Assembly: GCA_019745565.1 (NCBI GenBank)
Contig: JAIESW010000005.1
Location: 235-64,234, forward strand
Length of the DNA stretch: 64,000 nt
Reading direction: 5' to 3'
DNA from: Burkholderiales bacterium
GTDB lineage: Bacteria; Pseudomonadota; Gammaproteobacteria; Burkholderiales; Ga0077523
Part shown: positions 52,891 through 63,081 of the stretch, piece by piece
How positions within the stretch are numbered: position 1 is the stretch's first letter
Layout: every line of letters starts with the position of its first letter
The notes under the pieces: generated by a model
The model's input: the letters and a program-made list of their open reading frames with translations, nothing else
What the model was told of the DNA's origin: nothing
Databases searched by the model: none
Position numbers and translations under genes: made by a program

Positions 52891-54564
52891 ATGAACACCC
52901 ATAGCCCCGCCCGCTTTCCCTATACGCCACCGCCGGAGCTTTCCGGCAACGGCGAACTGCGCGTCCCCGTCGCCATCGTCGGCGCCGGTCCGGTCGGTGT
53001 CGCGTGCGCCATCGATCTCGCATTGCAGGGCGTGAAAGCGGTGGTGCTCGACGACAACGACACCGTCAGCACCGGTTCGCGCGCCATCTGCTACGCGAAG
53101 CGCACGCTCGAAGTGCTGGACCGTCTGGGTTGCGCCGAGACCGTCGTGGGTCGCGGCGTCTGCTGGAACGTGGGCAAGGTGTTCCATCGTGACCGCCTGG
53201 CATACCAGTTCGACCTGCTGCCCGAGGGTGGTCACAAGCATCCCGCGTTCGTGAATCTGCAGCAGTACCTGCTGGAAGAGGCGATGCTCGCGCGGCTACA
53301 AGAGGTGGGTGGCGAAGTGCGCTGGAAGAACCGCGTCGCCGGCGCTGCACCCGACGGTGGGGGCGTGACGCTGTCCGTGGAGACGCCCGACGGGGCGTAT
53401 CGCGTGCGGGCCGACTGGGTCATCGCCTGCGACGGCGCGCGCAGCCCCATGCGCGACTACCTGGGCCTCGAGTGGCGGGGGCAAATCTTCCGCGACCGCT
53501 TCCTGATCGCCGACGTGCACATGGTGGGCGACTACCCCACCGAGCGCTGGTTCTGGTTCGATCCGCCGTTCCATCCGAACCAGTCGGTGCTGCTGCACCG
53601 GCAGGCCGACGACGTGTGGCGCATCGACTTCCAGTTGGGCTGGGACGCCGATCCGGAGGAGGAGCGCAAGCCGGAGCGCGTGATCCCGCGTATCCGCGCG
53701 ATGCTGGGTGACGACCGGCCGTTCGAGCTGGAATGGGTCAGCGTCTATACGTTCCAGTGCCGGCGTCTCGATCGCTTCGTGCATGGGCGGGTGATGTTCG
53801 CGGGCGATGCAGCCCATCAGGTCTCGCCCTTCGGTGCGCGCGGTGCGAACAGCGGCATCCAGGACGCCGACAACCTGTGCTGGAAGCTCGCGCGGGTGGT
53901 TCGCGGCGAAGCGGGGCCTGCGTTGCTGGAGACCTATGACAGGGAGCGTGTTGCGGCGGCAGACGAGAACATCCTCAACTCCACGCGCTCCACGGATTTC
54001 ATCACCCCGAAGAGCGCGACCAGCCGCCTGTTCCGTGACGCGGTGCTCGATCTGTCGGTGAAACATCCGTTCGCGCGCCGGCTGGTGAACAGCGGGCGGT
54101 TGTCGATGCCGACCACCTATCGCGATTCCGCGCTCGATACCCCCGACGCCGACGCATTCGTGTCGGCGCTCGTGCCCGGCTCGCCGGCAGCCGATGCGCC
54201 GGTGCGGATCGCGGGTCGAGCGAGCTGGCTGCTCGACTGTGTCGGCGGTTCTCCCGCCGTGCTGATGTTCGCCGCGCCGGAGCGAGATGCCGAGCTAGAG
54301 CAGCTCGTGGCGCTGGCGAGCGGAGCCAAGGTCGTCGTCGTGGTCCCCGCGGGTGGCGGCGCGCCGGCCAGGGACGGCATCATGGTGGCCGAAGACGTGG
54401 ACGGTCTGGCGGCACGGCGCTACGGCGCCGCACCGGGGACGATCTATCTGTTGCGTCCCGATCAGCATGTCGCCGCGCGTTGGCGCCGCTGGGATGCGCA
54501 GGCGTTCGAGCATGCGCTGGCCCGCGCGATCGGCAGGACGGAGGTGAGCGCCCATGCGGCTTGA
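52891..54564 (+). CDS. FAD-dependent aromatic-ring monooxygenase (MhpA / PheA-TfdB-like)
   Basis: ATG 52891 (MNTHSPARFPY...). GAGPVG dinucleotide fold, CDGARSPMR, GDAAHQVSPFGARGANSGIQDADNLCWKL, and a C-terminal thioredoxin-like tail. Confidence 0.85.
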   Translation: MNTHSPARFPYTPPPELSGNGELRVPVAIVGAGPVGVACAIDLALQGVKAVVLDDNDTVSTGSRAICYAKRTLEVLDRLGCAETVVGRGVCWNVGKVFHRDRLAYQFDLLPEGGHKHPAFVNLQQYLLEEAMLARLQEVGGEVRWKNRVAGAAPDGGGVTLSVETPDGAYRVRADWVIACDGARSPMRDYLGLEWRGQIFRDRFLIADVHMVGDYPTERWFWFDPPFHPNQSVLLHRQADDVWRIDFQLGWDADPEEERKPERVIPRIRAMLGDDRPFELEWVSVYTFQCRRLDRFVHGRVMFAGDAAHQVSPFGARGANSGIQDADNLCWKLARVVRGEAGPALLETYDRERVAAADENILNSTRSTDFITPKSATSRLFRDAVLDLSVKHPFARRLVNSGRLSMPTTYRDSALDTPDADAFVSALVPGSPAADAPVRIAGRASWLLDCVGGSPAVLMFAAPERDAELEQLVALASGAKVVVVVPAGGGAPARDGIMVAEDVDGLAARRYGAAPGTIYLLRPDQHVAARWRRWDAQAFEHALARAIGRTEVSAHAA

Positions 54565-54745
54565 GACCGAACCCAATATTCCGGCGCCCGACGATTTCTA
54601 TCAGGCGCTGATCGACGCGCATGCGGGCCTGGACGACCGGCGCAGCGCAGCCCTGAACGCCCGCTTGGTGCTGCTGCTCGCCAACCACGTGGGCGATCTC
54701 GAAGCGCTGCGCGAGGCCATCGCGCTGGCGCGCGACGGACTCTGA
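54554..54745 (+). CDS. DUF2783 small protein
   Basis: 63 aa, overlapping the monooxygenase end by 11 nt. PDDFYQALIDAHAGLDDRRSAALNARLVLLLANHVGD is the DUF2783 pattern as I recall it. Confidence 0.7.
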   Translation: MRLETEPNIPAPDDFYQALIDAHAGLDDRRSAALNARLVLLLANHVGDLEALREAIALARDGL

Positions 54746-54760
54746 AGGAAGGAGGTTTCG

Positions 54761-55903
54761 ATGAAACGCTGGATCCAGCTGCCCCGCAGTGAAGGGGAAT
54801 TCTCGCGGCAGGCGCACGCCGACCTGCCCGCCGGCACGTTCGAGCGCGAGATGGGCAAGGAGGGTTTCTTCGGTCCCAGCGCGCACTTCCATCATCGTCA
54901 TCCGCCGACTGCATGGCAGAGCTTCGACGGGGCACTGCAGCCCCATGCCTACGACCTCAACCTGCTGCCGGCGGTGTCGGGCAGCCCATGGGAAGCGAGG
55001 AGCTTTCTCCACAACGGCGACATGAAGCTGCGCTGGTGGCGTTGCGAACGGCCCATGGATCATCTCGCCCGCAACTCCGACGGCGACGAACTGCTGTTCG
55101 TGCACGAGGGTGCCGGCAGCCTGTTCTGCGACTGGGGCCATTTCACCTACCGCGACGGCGACTACATCATGCTGCCGCGCGGGGCGATGTGGCGGATCGA
55201 GCCGACCGAGCCCACCTCGCTGCTGCTGATCGAATGCACCGAGGGTTCCTATCAGCTGCCGGAGAAGGGTCTGGTCGGTCCGCACGCCATCTTCGATCCG
55301 GCGGTGCTGGAGACGCCGCGCATGGACGAGGTCTTCCGGCGGCAGCAGGGCGAAACGCCGACCCGCGTGGTCGTGAAGCGCCGCGGCAAGCTCTCCACCA
55401 TCGACTATCCGTTCAATCCGCTGGATGCCATCGGCTGGCATGGCGATCTCACGCCGGTGAAGCTCAACTGGCGCGACATCCGTCCGCTGATGAGTCACCG
55501 CTATCACCTGCCGCCGTCGGCCCACACTACTTTCGTCGGGAAGAACTTCGTCGTGTGCACGTTCGTGCCGCGGCCCATCGAGTCCGATCCGGGAGCGCTC
55601 AAGGTGCCGTTCTTCCACAACAACGACGACTACGACGAGATCATCTTCTATCACCGGGGGAAGTTCTTCTCGCGCGACAACATCCATCCGGGGATGGTCA
55701 CGCTGCATCCGTGCGGCTTCACCCACGGACCGCATCCGAAGGCGTTCGAAACGGGTGCCAAGGCGGGGCGGAAGGAGACCGATGAAGTGGCGGTCATGAT
55801 CGATACGCGCTTTCCCGTGGAGACAGCCAATCTGCCCGAAGGCGTGGAGCAGACCGAGTACGTCAATTCATGGAAGCGGAAGCCGGTGACTCAGGGCACG
55901 TGA
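54761..55903 (+). CDS. Homogentisate 1,2-dioxygenase-like cupin protein (short form)
   Basis: 380 aa. HGD-like segments (EGFFGPSAHFHHRHPPTAW, ELLFVHEGAGSLFCDWGHFTYRDGDYIMLPRG, FFHNNDDYDEIIFYH, HPCGFTHGPHP). Shorter than canonical HmgA. Assigned by eye. Confidence 0.6.
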   Translation: MKRWIQLPRSEGEFSRQAHADLPAGTFEREMGKEGFFGPSAHFHHRHPPTAWQSFDGALQPHAYDLNLLPAVSGSPWEARSFLHNGDMKLRWWRCERPMDHLARNSDGDELLFVHEGAGSLFCDWGHFTYRDGDYIMLPRGAMWRIEPTEPTSLLLIECTEGSYQLPEKGLVGPHAIFDPAVLETPRMDEVFRRQQGETPTRVVVKRRGKLSTIDYPFNPLDAIGWHGDLTPVKLNWRDIRPLMSHRYHLPPSAHTTFVGKNFVVCTFVPRPIESDPGALKVPFFHNNDDYDEIIFYHRGKFFSRDNIHPGMVTLHPCGFTHGPHPKAFETGAKAGRKETDEVAVMIDTRFPVETANLPEGVEQTEYVNSWKRKPVTQGT

Positions 55904-55946
55904 GCGGGTGACGCTCGAGGACACGAACGGGAATGCGGGGTACGTT

Positions 55947-55990
55947 CCCTCCCCCAGCGAAACTGGGGGAGGGTCAGGGCGGGGGCAGCG
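55947..55990. repeat. Family-A repeat, half element
   Basis: ccctcccccag-cgaaa-ctgggggaggg followed by tcagggcggggg-cagcg. This is the second inner hairpin plus the right outer arm only. Confidence 0.8.
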
Positions 55991-56016
55991 AACGCACCCA
56001 TGGCGACACCCGCTCG

Positions 56017-56117
56017 CCCCTATCCCAACCTTCCCCCACGACTGCGTCGCGGGGGAAGGGGTGTCCTGCTCCTTCCCCCAGCTTCGCTGGGGGAAGGCTG
56101 GGATGGGGGCCGCAGCG
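56017..56117. repeat. Family-A nested-hairpin repeat, full form
   Basis: Outer arms cccctatcccaacc / ggctgggatggggg. Inner hairpins ccttcccccacgac-tgc-gtcgcgggggaagg (1 mismatch) and ccttcccccagc-ttc-gctgggggaagg (perfect). Ends with ccgcagcg. Lies between the convergent HGD-like and paaY genes. Confidence 0.9.
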
Positions 56118-56163
56118 AATCGCGCCGCGCACCCTGACCCCGTGCGCCCCTCTGCAGAGCGCC

Positions 56164-56781
56164 CTACTCCGAAGACGCCTTCTTGCGCTCCACCAAAGGC
56201 ACGACGCCCTCCATCGTGAACCGCTTGCGATTCGGCTCGACCGCGGACAGCGGCAGCACCTCATGCATCGTCGACAGACACCGCCGCGTCAGTGCCTGGT
56301 ACGTGGCCGTGCCTTCGAGCTTCCAAGCCAGTTCCTGCTCGGTGAGCTCGCGCACCAGCTTCGCGGGTACGCCGGCCGCAAGAGTCCGTGCAGGGATTTC
56401 CATGCCGGCCTTCACGAAAGCGCAGGCGGCCACCATCGCGGCTTCGCCCACGATGGCGTTGTCCATGACCACCGCGTTCATGCCGACCAGCGCGTTGCGC
56501 TTGATGCGGCAGCCGTGCAGGACGGCCCCATGGCCGATGTGACCATCGATCTCCACGACGGTATCGGTACCGGGGAAGCCGTGCATCACGCAGGTGTCCT
56601 GCAGATTGGCGCCGGTTTCCAGCACCAGACGCCCGAAGTCACCGCGCAAGCTGGCGGCGGGGCCCACGTAGCACCCGGCGCCGACGATGACGTCGCCGAT
56701 CAGGATGGCGGTCGGGTGAACGAAGGCGGTGGGGTCCACCACCGGGATGACGCCGTCGATCTCGTAGCAGGGCATGGGCAC
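56164..56781 (-). CDS. paaY: Phenylacetic acid degradation protein PaaY (hexapeptide-repeat, gamma-carbonic-anhydrase-like thioesterase)
   Basis: 205 aa. Left-handed beta-helix repeats ([28 protein letters not shown]...) and a PaaY-type C-terminal helix. Divergent from paaG. Confidence 0.85.
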   Translation of the reverse strand: MPMPCYEIDGVIPVVDPTAFVHPTAILIGDVIVGAGCYVGPAASLRGDFGRLVLETGANLQDTCVMHGFPGTDTVVEIDGHIGHGAVLHGCRIKRNALVGMNAVVMDNAIVGEAAMVAACAFVKAGMEIPARTLAAGVPAKLVRELTEQELAWKLEGTATYQALTRRCLSTMHEVLPLSAVEPNRKRFTMEGVVPLVERKKASSE

Positions 56782-56832
56782 CTCCTGCGGTGGGGTGGTT
56801 GTGTTTCGATCCGGGCCAGATTACAGTTCGTC

Positions 56833-56844
56833 GACCGGCCGGTC
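56833..56844. promoter_or_regulatory. Perfect palindrome GACCGGCCGGTC in the paaY / paaG divergent region
   Basis: Directly read. Resembles the ACCG...CGGT cores reported for TetR-type PaaR operators. The cluster ends with a TetR gene. Confidence 0.35.
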
Positions 56845-56899
56845 AATGAATGGCGTTCTCGCGGTCGACGACGGCTCTGCAAGGGGGTTCGAGGACCTG

Positions 56900-57691
56900 A
56901 TGGACTACCAGCACATCCTGTTCGACCTGACCGACGGTGTGGCCACCGTCACCTTGAACCGCCCCGAGCGGCTCAACAGCTTCACCGTGGCCATGCACGG
57001 AGAGGTGCGCGATGCGCTCGCGCGCGTTCGCGATGATCCCGCGATTCGTGCACTGGTCCTGACCGGCGCGGGTCGCGGCTTCTGCGCGGGGCAGGATCTC
57101 AACGATCGCAAAGTGGCGCCGGGCGGTCAGCCTCCGGACCTGGGGGAATCGATCGAGACCTGGTACAAGCCCCTGGTGCTCGGGCTGCGCGCGTTGCCCA
57201 AGCCGGTGATCGCGGCGGTGAACGGCGTGGCGGCCGGTGCCGGGGCGAATCTCGCGCTCGCCTGCGATGTCGTCGTGGCCGCGCGTTCCGCGACCTTCAT
57301 CCAGGCGTTCTGCAAGCTGGGGCTCGTGCCCGATGCCGGCGGCACCTGGTGGTTACCCCGCATGCTGGGCGGGCCCCGGGCGCTCGGTCTCGCGCTGTTC
57401 GGCGACAAGCTGCCGGCCGAACAGGCCGCCGAGTGGGGGCTCATCTGGAAATGCGTCGACGACGCCGAACTGATGTCGACGGTTCGCGGCATGGCGGCGC
57501 AACTGGCGACGGGTCCGACGCTGGGCTACGCGCATACCAAGCAGGCCATGCAGGCCGCGGAGACCAACACGCTCGCGCAACAGCTCGATCTCGAGCGGGA
57601 TTTCCAGCGCAAGCTCGGTCACAGCGCCGACTACCGCGAAGGCGTGACGGCGTTCATGGAGAAGCGCGCCCCGCGCTTCCAGGGCGCTTGA
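56900..57691 (+). CDS. paaG: 2-(1,2-epoxy-1,2-dihydrophenyl)acetyl-CoA isomerase PaaG (crotonase family)
   Basis: ATG 56900 preceded by GAGGA. MDYQHILFDLTDGVATVTLNRPERLNSF...GAGRGFCAGQDL is the enoyl-CoA hydratase fold. Named from its position in the paa cluster. Confidence 0.85.
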   Translation: MDYQHILFDLTDGVATVTLNRPERLNSFTVAMHGEVRDALARVRDDPAIRALVLTGAGRGFCAGQDLNDRKVAPGGQPPDLGESIETWYKPLVLGLRALPKPVIAAVNGVAAGAGANLALACDVVVAARSATFIQAFCKLGLVPDAGGTWWLPRMLGGPRALGLALFGDKLPAEQAAEWGLIWKCVDDAELMSTVRGMAAQLATGPTLGYAHTKQAMQAAETNTLAQQLDLERDFQRKLGHSADYREGVTAFMEKRAPRFQGA

Positions 57692-57692
57692 G

Positions 57693-58148
57693 ATGCCGAA
57701 CGACGCCAAGCTGTCGCCGCAGCAGATCGCCGATTACGTCGGTCGCGGCATGCTCGCGGAGGACGAAGCTTCGCGTGGGCTGGGCATGCACGTGGAACGC
57801 ATGGGGCCCGGCAGCGCCGTGATTAGCATGGTGGTGCGGACGGACATGCTGAACGGGTTCAAGATCTGCCATGGCGGTTTCATCTCGTTGCTGGCCGACT
57901 CCGCCTTCGCGTTCGCATGCAACAGCTACAACGAGCTCACCGTCGCGGCAGGCTTCGCAGTCGACTTCATCGCGCCGGGCAATCTGGGCGACAAGCTCAC
58001 CGCGGAAGCGAAGGAAGTGGCGCTCACCGGGCGCACCGGCATCTACGACGTGACGGTGCACAACCAGCGCGGCGAACTGATCGCCACGTTCCGCGGCCGC
58101 TCGGCTCGCATCAAGGATCGCAAGACGGTGCCGGAGGCCAAGCCGTGA
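57693..58148 (+). CDS. paaI: Hydroxyphenylacetyl-CoA thioesterase PaaI (hotdog fold)
   Basis: 151 aa. NGFKICHGGFISLLADSAFAFACN is the PaaI motif. Confidence 0.9.
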   Translation: MPNDAKLSPQQIADYVGRGMLAEDEASRGLGMHVERMGPGSAVISMVVRTDMLNGFKICHGGFISLLADSAFAFACNSYNELTVAAGFAVDFIAPGNLGDKLTAEAKEVALTGRTGIYDVTVHNQRGELIATFRGRSARIKDRKTVPEAKP

Positions 58149-59461
58149 CGGCGAAGGCGCCCACGCCGGCGGATCTCGAACCGATCGAGCGGGCGAGCGT
58201 CGACGAACTGCGTGCGTTGCAGCTCGAACGGCTGCGCTGGTCGGTGCGGCATGCCTACGACAACGTGCCGCACTACCGCAGGAAGTTCGACGCGAAGGGC
58301 GTGCACCCCGACGATCTCAAGTCGCTCGCCGATCTCGCGAAGTTTCCCTTCACCGCGAAGCAGGACCTGCGCGAGAACTATCCGTTCGGCCTGTTTGCCG
58401 TGCCGCGCAAGAAAGTGGTGCGCATCCATGCCTCGAGCGGAACGACGGGCAAGCCCACCGTGGTCGGTTATACGCAACGCGACATCGACAACTGGGCCGA
58501 TCTGATGGCGCGGTCGATCCGGGCTTCGGGCGGTCGTCCCGGAGACATCGTGCACGTGGCCTATGGTTACGGGTTGTTCACCGGAGGCCTCGGTGCGCAC
58601 TACGGCGCGGAGCGGCTCGGCTGTACGGTCATTCCCATGTCGGGCGGCCAGACCGAGAAGCAGATCCAGCTCATCCAGGATTTCCGCCCCGACATCATCA
58701 TGGTCACGCCGTCCTACATGCTGACCCTGATCGACGAGATGGAGCGGCAGGGCATCGATGCAGCGGCCACTTCGCTCAAGATCGGCATCTTCGGCGCGGA
58801 GCCGTGGACCGAGGGGATGCGCGAGGCCATCGAGAAGCGTGCCGGCATCGATGCGGTCGATATCTACGGCCTGTCGGAAGTGATGGGGCCGGGCGTGGCC
58901 AACGAGTGCATCGAGACCAAGGACGGTCCGGTGATCTGGGAGGACCATTTCTATCCCGAGATCATCGACCCCTCCACCGGCGAAGTGCTGCCCGACGGCA
59001 GTCCGGGCGAACTGGTGTTCACCACGCTCACGAAGGAAGCGCTGCCGGTGATCCGCTATCGCACGCGGGATCTCACGCGACTGCTGCCGCCCACGGCGCG
59101 GTCCATGCGACGCATGGACAAGATCACGGGCCGCTCGGACGACATGATGATCATCCGCGGCGTGAACGTGTTCCCGTCGCAGATCGAGGAACTGATCTGC
59201 GCGCTGCCGCAGCTCGCACCGCAATACCTGCTGGTATTGGAGAAGGACGGTCACCTCGACGCGCTGACCGTGCGCGTGGAGCTGGAAGCGACCGCGGATC
59301 GCGCGGATTCGAACCGCCAGCGGTTGGCCGGCGAACTGCAGCATCGCATCAAGAACCTGATCGGCGTGACGGCGCGGGTCGAAGTGACGCAGCCCTTCGC
59401 GATCGAGCGGGTGACGGTCGGCAAGGCGAAGCGCGTGGTCGACAACCGGCCTAAAGCGTAG
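58145..59461 (+). CDS. paaK: Phenylacetate-CoA ligase PaaK
   Basis: GTG 58145 overlaps the paaI stop as GTGA. LERLRWSVRHAYDNVPHYRRKFD...IHASSGTTGKPTVVGYT...IYGLSEVMGPGVA...RGVNVFPSQIE are PaaK signatures. Confidence 0.9.
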   Translation: MTAKAPTPADLEPIERASVDELRALQLERLRWSVRHAYDNVPHYRRKFDAKGVHPDDLKSLADLAKFPFTAKQDLRENYPFGLFAVPRKKVVRIHASSGTTGKPTVVGYTQRDIDNWADLMARSIRASGGRPGDIVHVAYGYGLFTGGLGAHYGAERLGCTVIPMSGGQTEKQIQLIQDFRPDIIMVTPSYMLTLIDEMERQGIDAAATSLKIGIFGAEPWTEGMREAIEKRAGIDAVDIYGLSEVMGPGVANECIETKDGPVIWEDHFYPEIIDPSTGEVLPDGSPGELVFTTLTKEALPVIRYRTRDLTRLLPPTARSMRRMDKITGRSDDMMIIRGVNVFPSQIEELICALPQLAPQYLLVLEKDGHLDALTVRVELEATADRADSNRQRLAGELQHRIKNLIGVTARVEVTQPFAIERVTVGKAKRVVDNRPKA

Positions 59462-59470
59462 GAGATACTC

Positions 59471-60475
59471 ATGTACACCCAGGCAATGGACATCGCGGCC
59501 GCCAAGGGCGAAAAGCTCGGTGGGCCCGCGGCGGTCGAGAACGCCGACTATCAAGCCGAGTTCGACGCGAAGATCGATCGCGGCGATTTCATCGAGGCCA
59601 AGGACTGGATGCCCGAGGCGTACCGCAAGACGCTGGTGCGCCAGATCTCCCAGCATGCGCACTCGGAGATCGTCGGCATGCTGCCCGAGGGCAACTGGAT
59701 CACCCGTGCGCCGACGCTGAAGCGCAAGGCGATCCTGCTCGCCAAGGTGCAGGACGAGGGCGGTCACGGTCTCTATCTTTACGCCGCCGCGGAGACCCTG
59801 GGCGTGTCCCGCGACGCGATGATCGACGCGCTGCACGCCGGCAAGGCGAAGTACTCGTCCATCTTCAATTACCCGACGCTCACCTGGGCCGACATCGGCG
59901 TGATCGGCTGGCTGGTGGACGGGGCGGCGATCATGAACCAGATCCCCCTGCGCCGCTGTTCGTACGGCCCCTATGCGCGCGCGATGATCCGCGTGTGCAA
60001 GGAGGAGAGCTTCCATCAGCGCCAGGGGTTCGACCTGCTGCTCACCATGATGGGCGGTACGCCGGCCCAGCGCGACATGGTGCAGGACGCGGTGAACCGC
60101 TGGTGGTGGCCGTCGCTCATGATGTTCGGGCCCCACGACGGCGAATCGAAGAACAGCGGCGACAGCATGCGCTGGGGCATCAAGCGCATCTCCAACGACG
60201 AGTTGCGGCAGAAGTTCGTCGACGCGTGCGTGCCCCAGGCCCAGGTACTCGGGGTGACGTTTCCGGACCCGCACCTAAAGTGGAACGAGGCGCGCGGTCA
60301 TCACGATTTCGGCCCCATCGACTGGGACGAGTTCTGGGCGGTGGTGAACGGCAATGGACCCTGCAACCGCGATCGCCTCGCTGCCCGGATCAAGGCGCGG
60401 GACGAAGGCGCGTGGGTGCGTGATGCCGCGATCGCATACGCCGAGAAACAGGCGGCGCGGGCGCTTGCCGCCTGA
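59471..60475 (+). CDS. paaA: 1,2-phenylacetyl-CoA epoxidase subunit A
   Basis: 334 aa. Di-iron ligand regions QHAHSEIVG and ...EESFHQRQG. Confidence 0.9.
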   Translation: MYTQAMDIAAAKGEKLGGPAAVENADYQAEFDAKIDRGDFIEAKDWMPEAYRKTLVRQISQHAHSEIVGMLPEGNWITRAPTLKRKAILLAKVQDEGGHGLYLYAAAETLGVSRDAMIDALHAGKAKYSSIFNYPTLTWADIGVIGWLVDGAAIMNQIPLRRCSYGPYARAMIRVCKEESFHQRQGFDLLLTMMGGTPAQRDMVQDAVNRWWWPSLMMFGPHDGESKNSGDSMRWGIKRISNDELRQKFVDACVPQAQVLGVTFPDPHLKWNEARGHHDFGPIDWDEFWAVVNGNGPCNRDRLAARIKARDEGAWVRDAAIAYAEKQAARALAA

Positions 60476-60489
60476 AGGGGAACCGAGCC

Positions 60490-60777
60490 ATGGATCGCAA
60501 GGAATGGCCGCTGTGGGAAGTCTTCATCCGCAGCCGCAACGGACTGGATCACAAGCATTGCGGCAGCCTGCATGCGCCCGACGAACGGCTTGCGCTGCAG
60601 AACGCCCGCGACGTCTACACGCGGCGCCAGGAGGGTGTGAGCATCTGGGTGGTGCGCACCGATCACATCGTCGCGTCCGATCCGGACGCCAAGCCGGAGC
60701 TGTTCGATCCGGCCGCCGACAAGATCTATCGCCACCCCACGTTCTTCAAGCTGCCGAAGGACGTGGATCACATGTGA
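60490..60777 (+). CDS. paaB: 1,2-phenylacetyl-CoA epoxidase subunit B
   Basis: 95 aa. WPLWEVFIRSRNGLDHKHCGSLHAPD is the PaaB signature. Confidence 0.9.
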   Translation: MDRKEWPLWEVFIRSRNGLDHKHCGSLHAPDERLALQNARDVYTRRQEGVSIWVVRTDHIVASDPDAKPELFDPAADKIYRHPTFFKLPKDVDHM

Positions 60778-61526
60778 TGACGCCCCATCTCGAGTATCTG
60801 CTGCGCATCGGCGACAGCGTGCTGATCCTCGGACAGCGCCTGTCGGAATGGTGCGGCCACGCGCCGGTGCTGGAGGAGGACATCGCGCTCGCCAACGTCG
60901 CGCTGGACCTCATCGGCCAGTCGCGGCTGGTGCTGACCCATGCGGGCGCGGTCGAGGGTGCCGGGCGCGACGAAGACCAGCTCGCGTTCCTGCGCACCGA
61001 GGAACAGTTCCGCAACGTGACCCTGGTGGAATTACCGAACGGCGACTTCGGTCGCACCGTGCTGCGCAGCTTCCTGTTCTGCGCGTTTCTGCGCGAGCTG
61101 TGGACGGCACTCGCTGCCTCCTCGGACGAGGACTTGGCGGCCATCGCCGCGAAGAGCGTCAAGGAAACCCGCTATCACGTGCAGCACTCGGGCGAATGGG
61201 CCATCCGGTTGGGCGACGGCACGGAGGAATCGCACCAGCGCATGCAGCGCGCGCTCGAGGAGCTCTGGCCCTACACGGCCGAGTTGTTCGCGCCCACGGC
61301 CGTGGACGACATGGTGAGCGCGGCAGGCGTCGGGGTGGCATGGGCGGGCCTGCGCACGGCCTGGGAAACGGTTGTCCGGCCCGTGCTGGAAGAAGCCACG
61401 CTCGAAGTACCGACCGGATCGGCGTTCCTTTCGCGTGGCAAGCTCGGCGTGCACTCCGAGCACATGGGCCATCTGCTGACCGAAATGCAGTACCTGCAGC
61501 GCACCTATCCCGGGGCGACGTGGTGA
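60777..61526 (+). CDS. paaC: 1,2-phenylacetyl-CoA epoxidase subunit C
   Basis: ATG 60777 overlaps the paaB stop (TGATG). LEYLLRIGDSVLILGQRLSEWCGHAPVLEEDIALANVALDLIGQ is the PaaC signature. Confidence 0.9.
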   Translation: MTPHLEYLLRIGDSVLILGQRLSEWCGHAPVLEEDIALANVALDLIGQSRLVLTHAGAVEGAGRDEDQLAFLRTEEQFRNVTLVELPNGDFGRTVLRSFLFCAFLRELWTALAASSDEDLAAIAAKSVKETRYHVQHSGEWAIRLGDGTEESHQRMQRALEELWPYTAELFAPTAVDDMVSAAGVGVAWAGLRTAWETVVRPVLEEATLEVPTGSAFLSRGKLGVHSEHMGHLLTEMQYLQRTYPGATW

Positions 61527-62014
61527 TGCTGACGGAAGCGCAGGCTTGGCGGGTGTTGCGAACCGTGCCCGATCCGGAGATCCCGGTGATCTCGGTTTGC
61601 GAACTGGGGATCGTCCGCGAGGTGCGGGTGGACGGCGATGCGGCGACCGTCGTGGTGACCCCGACGTACTCCGGTTGTCCGGCGACGGAGGTGATCGCGC
61701 AGACGATCCGCGCCGCGCTGCACGAAGCCGGTGCGGATACGGTCTGCGTCGAGACGAAGCTGTCGCCCGCCTGGACCACGGATTGGATCGAGGCGGACGC
61801 CGCTGCACGACTCAAGGCCTACGGCATCGTGCCGCCGGGCCGCGCAGAGTCGGCTGTGGCCCAGCCGATCCGGTTCATGCCGAAGCCGCTCGAATGTCCG
61901 CGCTGCGGTTCACGCCGGACGGCTCGTCTGTCGACCTTCGGTTCCACGGCCTGCAAGGCGCTCTGGCGTTGCGAAGAGTGTCGCGAGCCGTTCGAGGAGT
62001 TCAAGCCGCTGTGA
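61526..62014 (+). CDS. paaD: 1,2-phenylacetyl-CoA epoxidase assembly/subunit D
   Basis: Start is ATG 61526 (or GTG 61523), overlapping the paaC stop. DPEIPVISVCELGIVREV (MIP18-like) and a C-terminal CPRCGS...CEEC zinc ribbon. Confidence 0.9.
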   Translation: MLTEAQAWRVLRTVPDPEIPVISVCELGIVREVRVDGDAATVVVTPTYSGCPATEVIAQTIRAALHEAGADTVCVETKLSPAWTTDWIEADAAARLKAYGIVPPGRAESAVAQPIRFMPKPLECPRCGSRRTARLSTFGSTACKALWRCEECREPFEEFKPL

Positions 62015-63078
62015 CGCCGAAGTTCCATCCTCTGCGCATCGCCGAAGTGCGGCGCGAAACACCCGAGGCCGTGAGCCTGCGGTTCGAGGTGCCCCCGGCG
62101 CTGGCGGCCGACTATGCGTTCGTACAGGGCCAGCACCTCACCTTGCGCACCGATCTCGGCGGCGAGGATGTCCGTCGCAGCTATTCCATCTGCGCCGGCG
62201 TGGATGACGGCGAGCTGCGCGTCGCCATCAAGCGAGTGGCCGGAGGCGCGTTTTCCACCTGGGCCCACGAGCGGCTCGCGCCCGGCGACACCATCGACGT
62301 GATGACGCCCCACGGCCAATTCCATACACCGCTCGATCCGGGTCACCGCAAGCACTACGTGGCCTTCGTCGCCGGCAGCGGTATCACGCCGGTGCTGTCG
62401 CTCGCGAAGACGACATTGACGCGTGAGCCCCGGAGCCGCTTCACGCTGGTCTACGGCAACCGACGCCTGCAGGACGTGATGTTCCACGAGGCGCTGGAGG
62501 ATCTGAAGGACCGCTTCGTGCAGCGCTTCACGCTCTACAACCTGTTCAGCCGCGAGTTCCAGGACGTGGATCTGTTCAACGGCCGGCTGGATGCGGCGAA
62601 GGTGAGGGCGTTCACCGACACGCTGTTGCCGGTGGCGGCGATCGACGAGGCCTTCGTCTGCGGGCCGGGCGCGATGCTCGACGACGTCGAAGCAGCGCTG
62701 CTGGCTGCCGGCATGGATGGAAGCCACGTGCACGTGGAGCGGTTCGGAGTGCCTTCCGGCAGCCCGGTGACCCACGTCGAACCCGGTGACGCGGCCGCGG
62801 CTCGTATATCCATCGTCCTCGATGGGACGCGCCGGGAGATTGAATACCGCGAGACGGATGGCGCCATCCTGGATGCTGCGCTGAAAGCCGGCATCGATCT
62901 GCCCTACTCCTGCAAGGGCGGCATGTGCTGCACCTGCCGCGCCAGGCTGCTCGAAGGCCGGGTCCGGATGGACAAGAACTACAGCCTCGAGCGGGCCGAC
63001 GTGGAAGCCGGGTTCGTGCTGACATGTCAGTCGCACCCTGTCACCGAGACGGTGGTCGTCAGCTTCGATGAGCGATAG
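62011..63078 (+). CDS. paaE: 1,2-phenylacetyl-CoA epoxidase reductase subunit E (FNR-like plus 2Fe-2S)
   Basis: GTG 62011 overlaps the paaD stop as GTGA. RSYSIC flavin motif, GSGITP NAD motif, and C-terminal plant-type ferredoxin CKGGMCCTC...C. Confidence 0.9.
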   Translation: MTPKFHPLRIAEVRRETPEAVSLRFEVPPALAADYAFVQGQHLTLRTDLGGEDVRRSYSICAGVDDGELRVAIKRVAGGAFSTWAHERLAPGDTIDVMTPHGQFHTPLDPGHRKHYVAFVAGSGITPVLSLAKTTLTREPRSRFTLVYGNRRLQDVMFHEALEDLKDRFVQRFTLYNLFSREFQDVDLFNGRLDAAKVRAFTDTLLPVAAIDEAFVCGPGAMLDDVEAALLAAGMDGSHVHVERFGVPSGSPVTHVEPGDAAAARISIVLDGTRREIEYRETDGAILDAALKAGIDLPYSCKGGMCCTCRARLLEGRVRMDKNYSLERADVEAGFVLTCQSHPVTETVVVSFDER

Positions 63079-63081
63079 GGT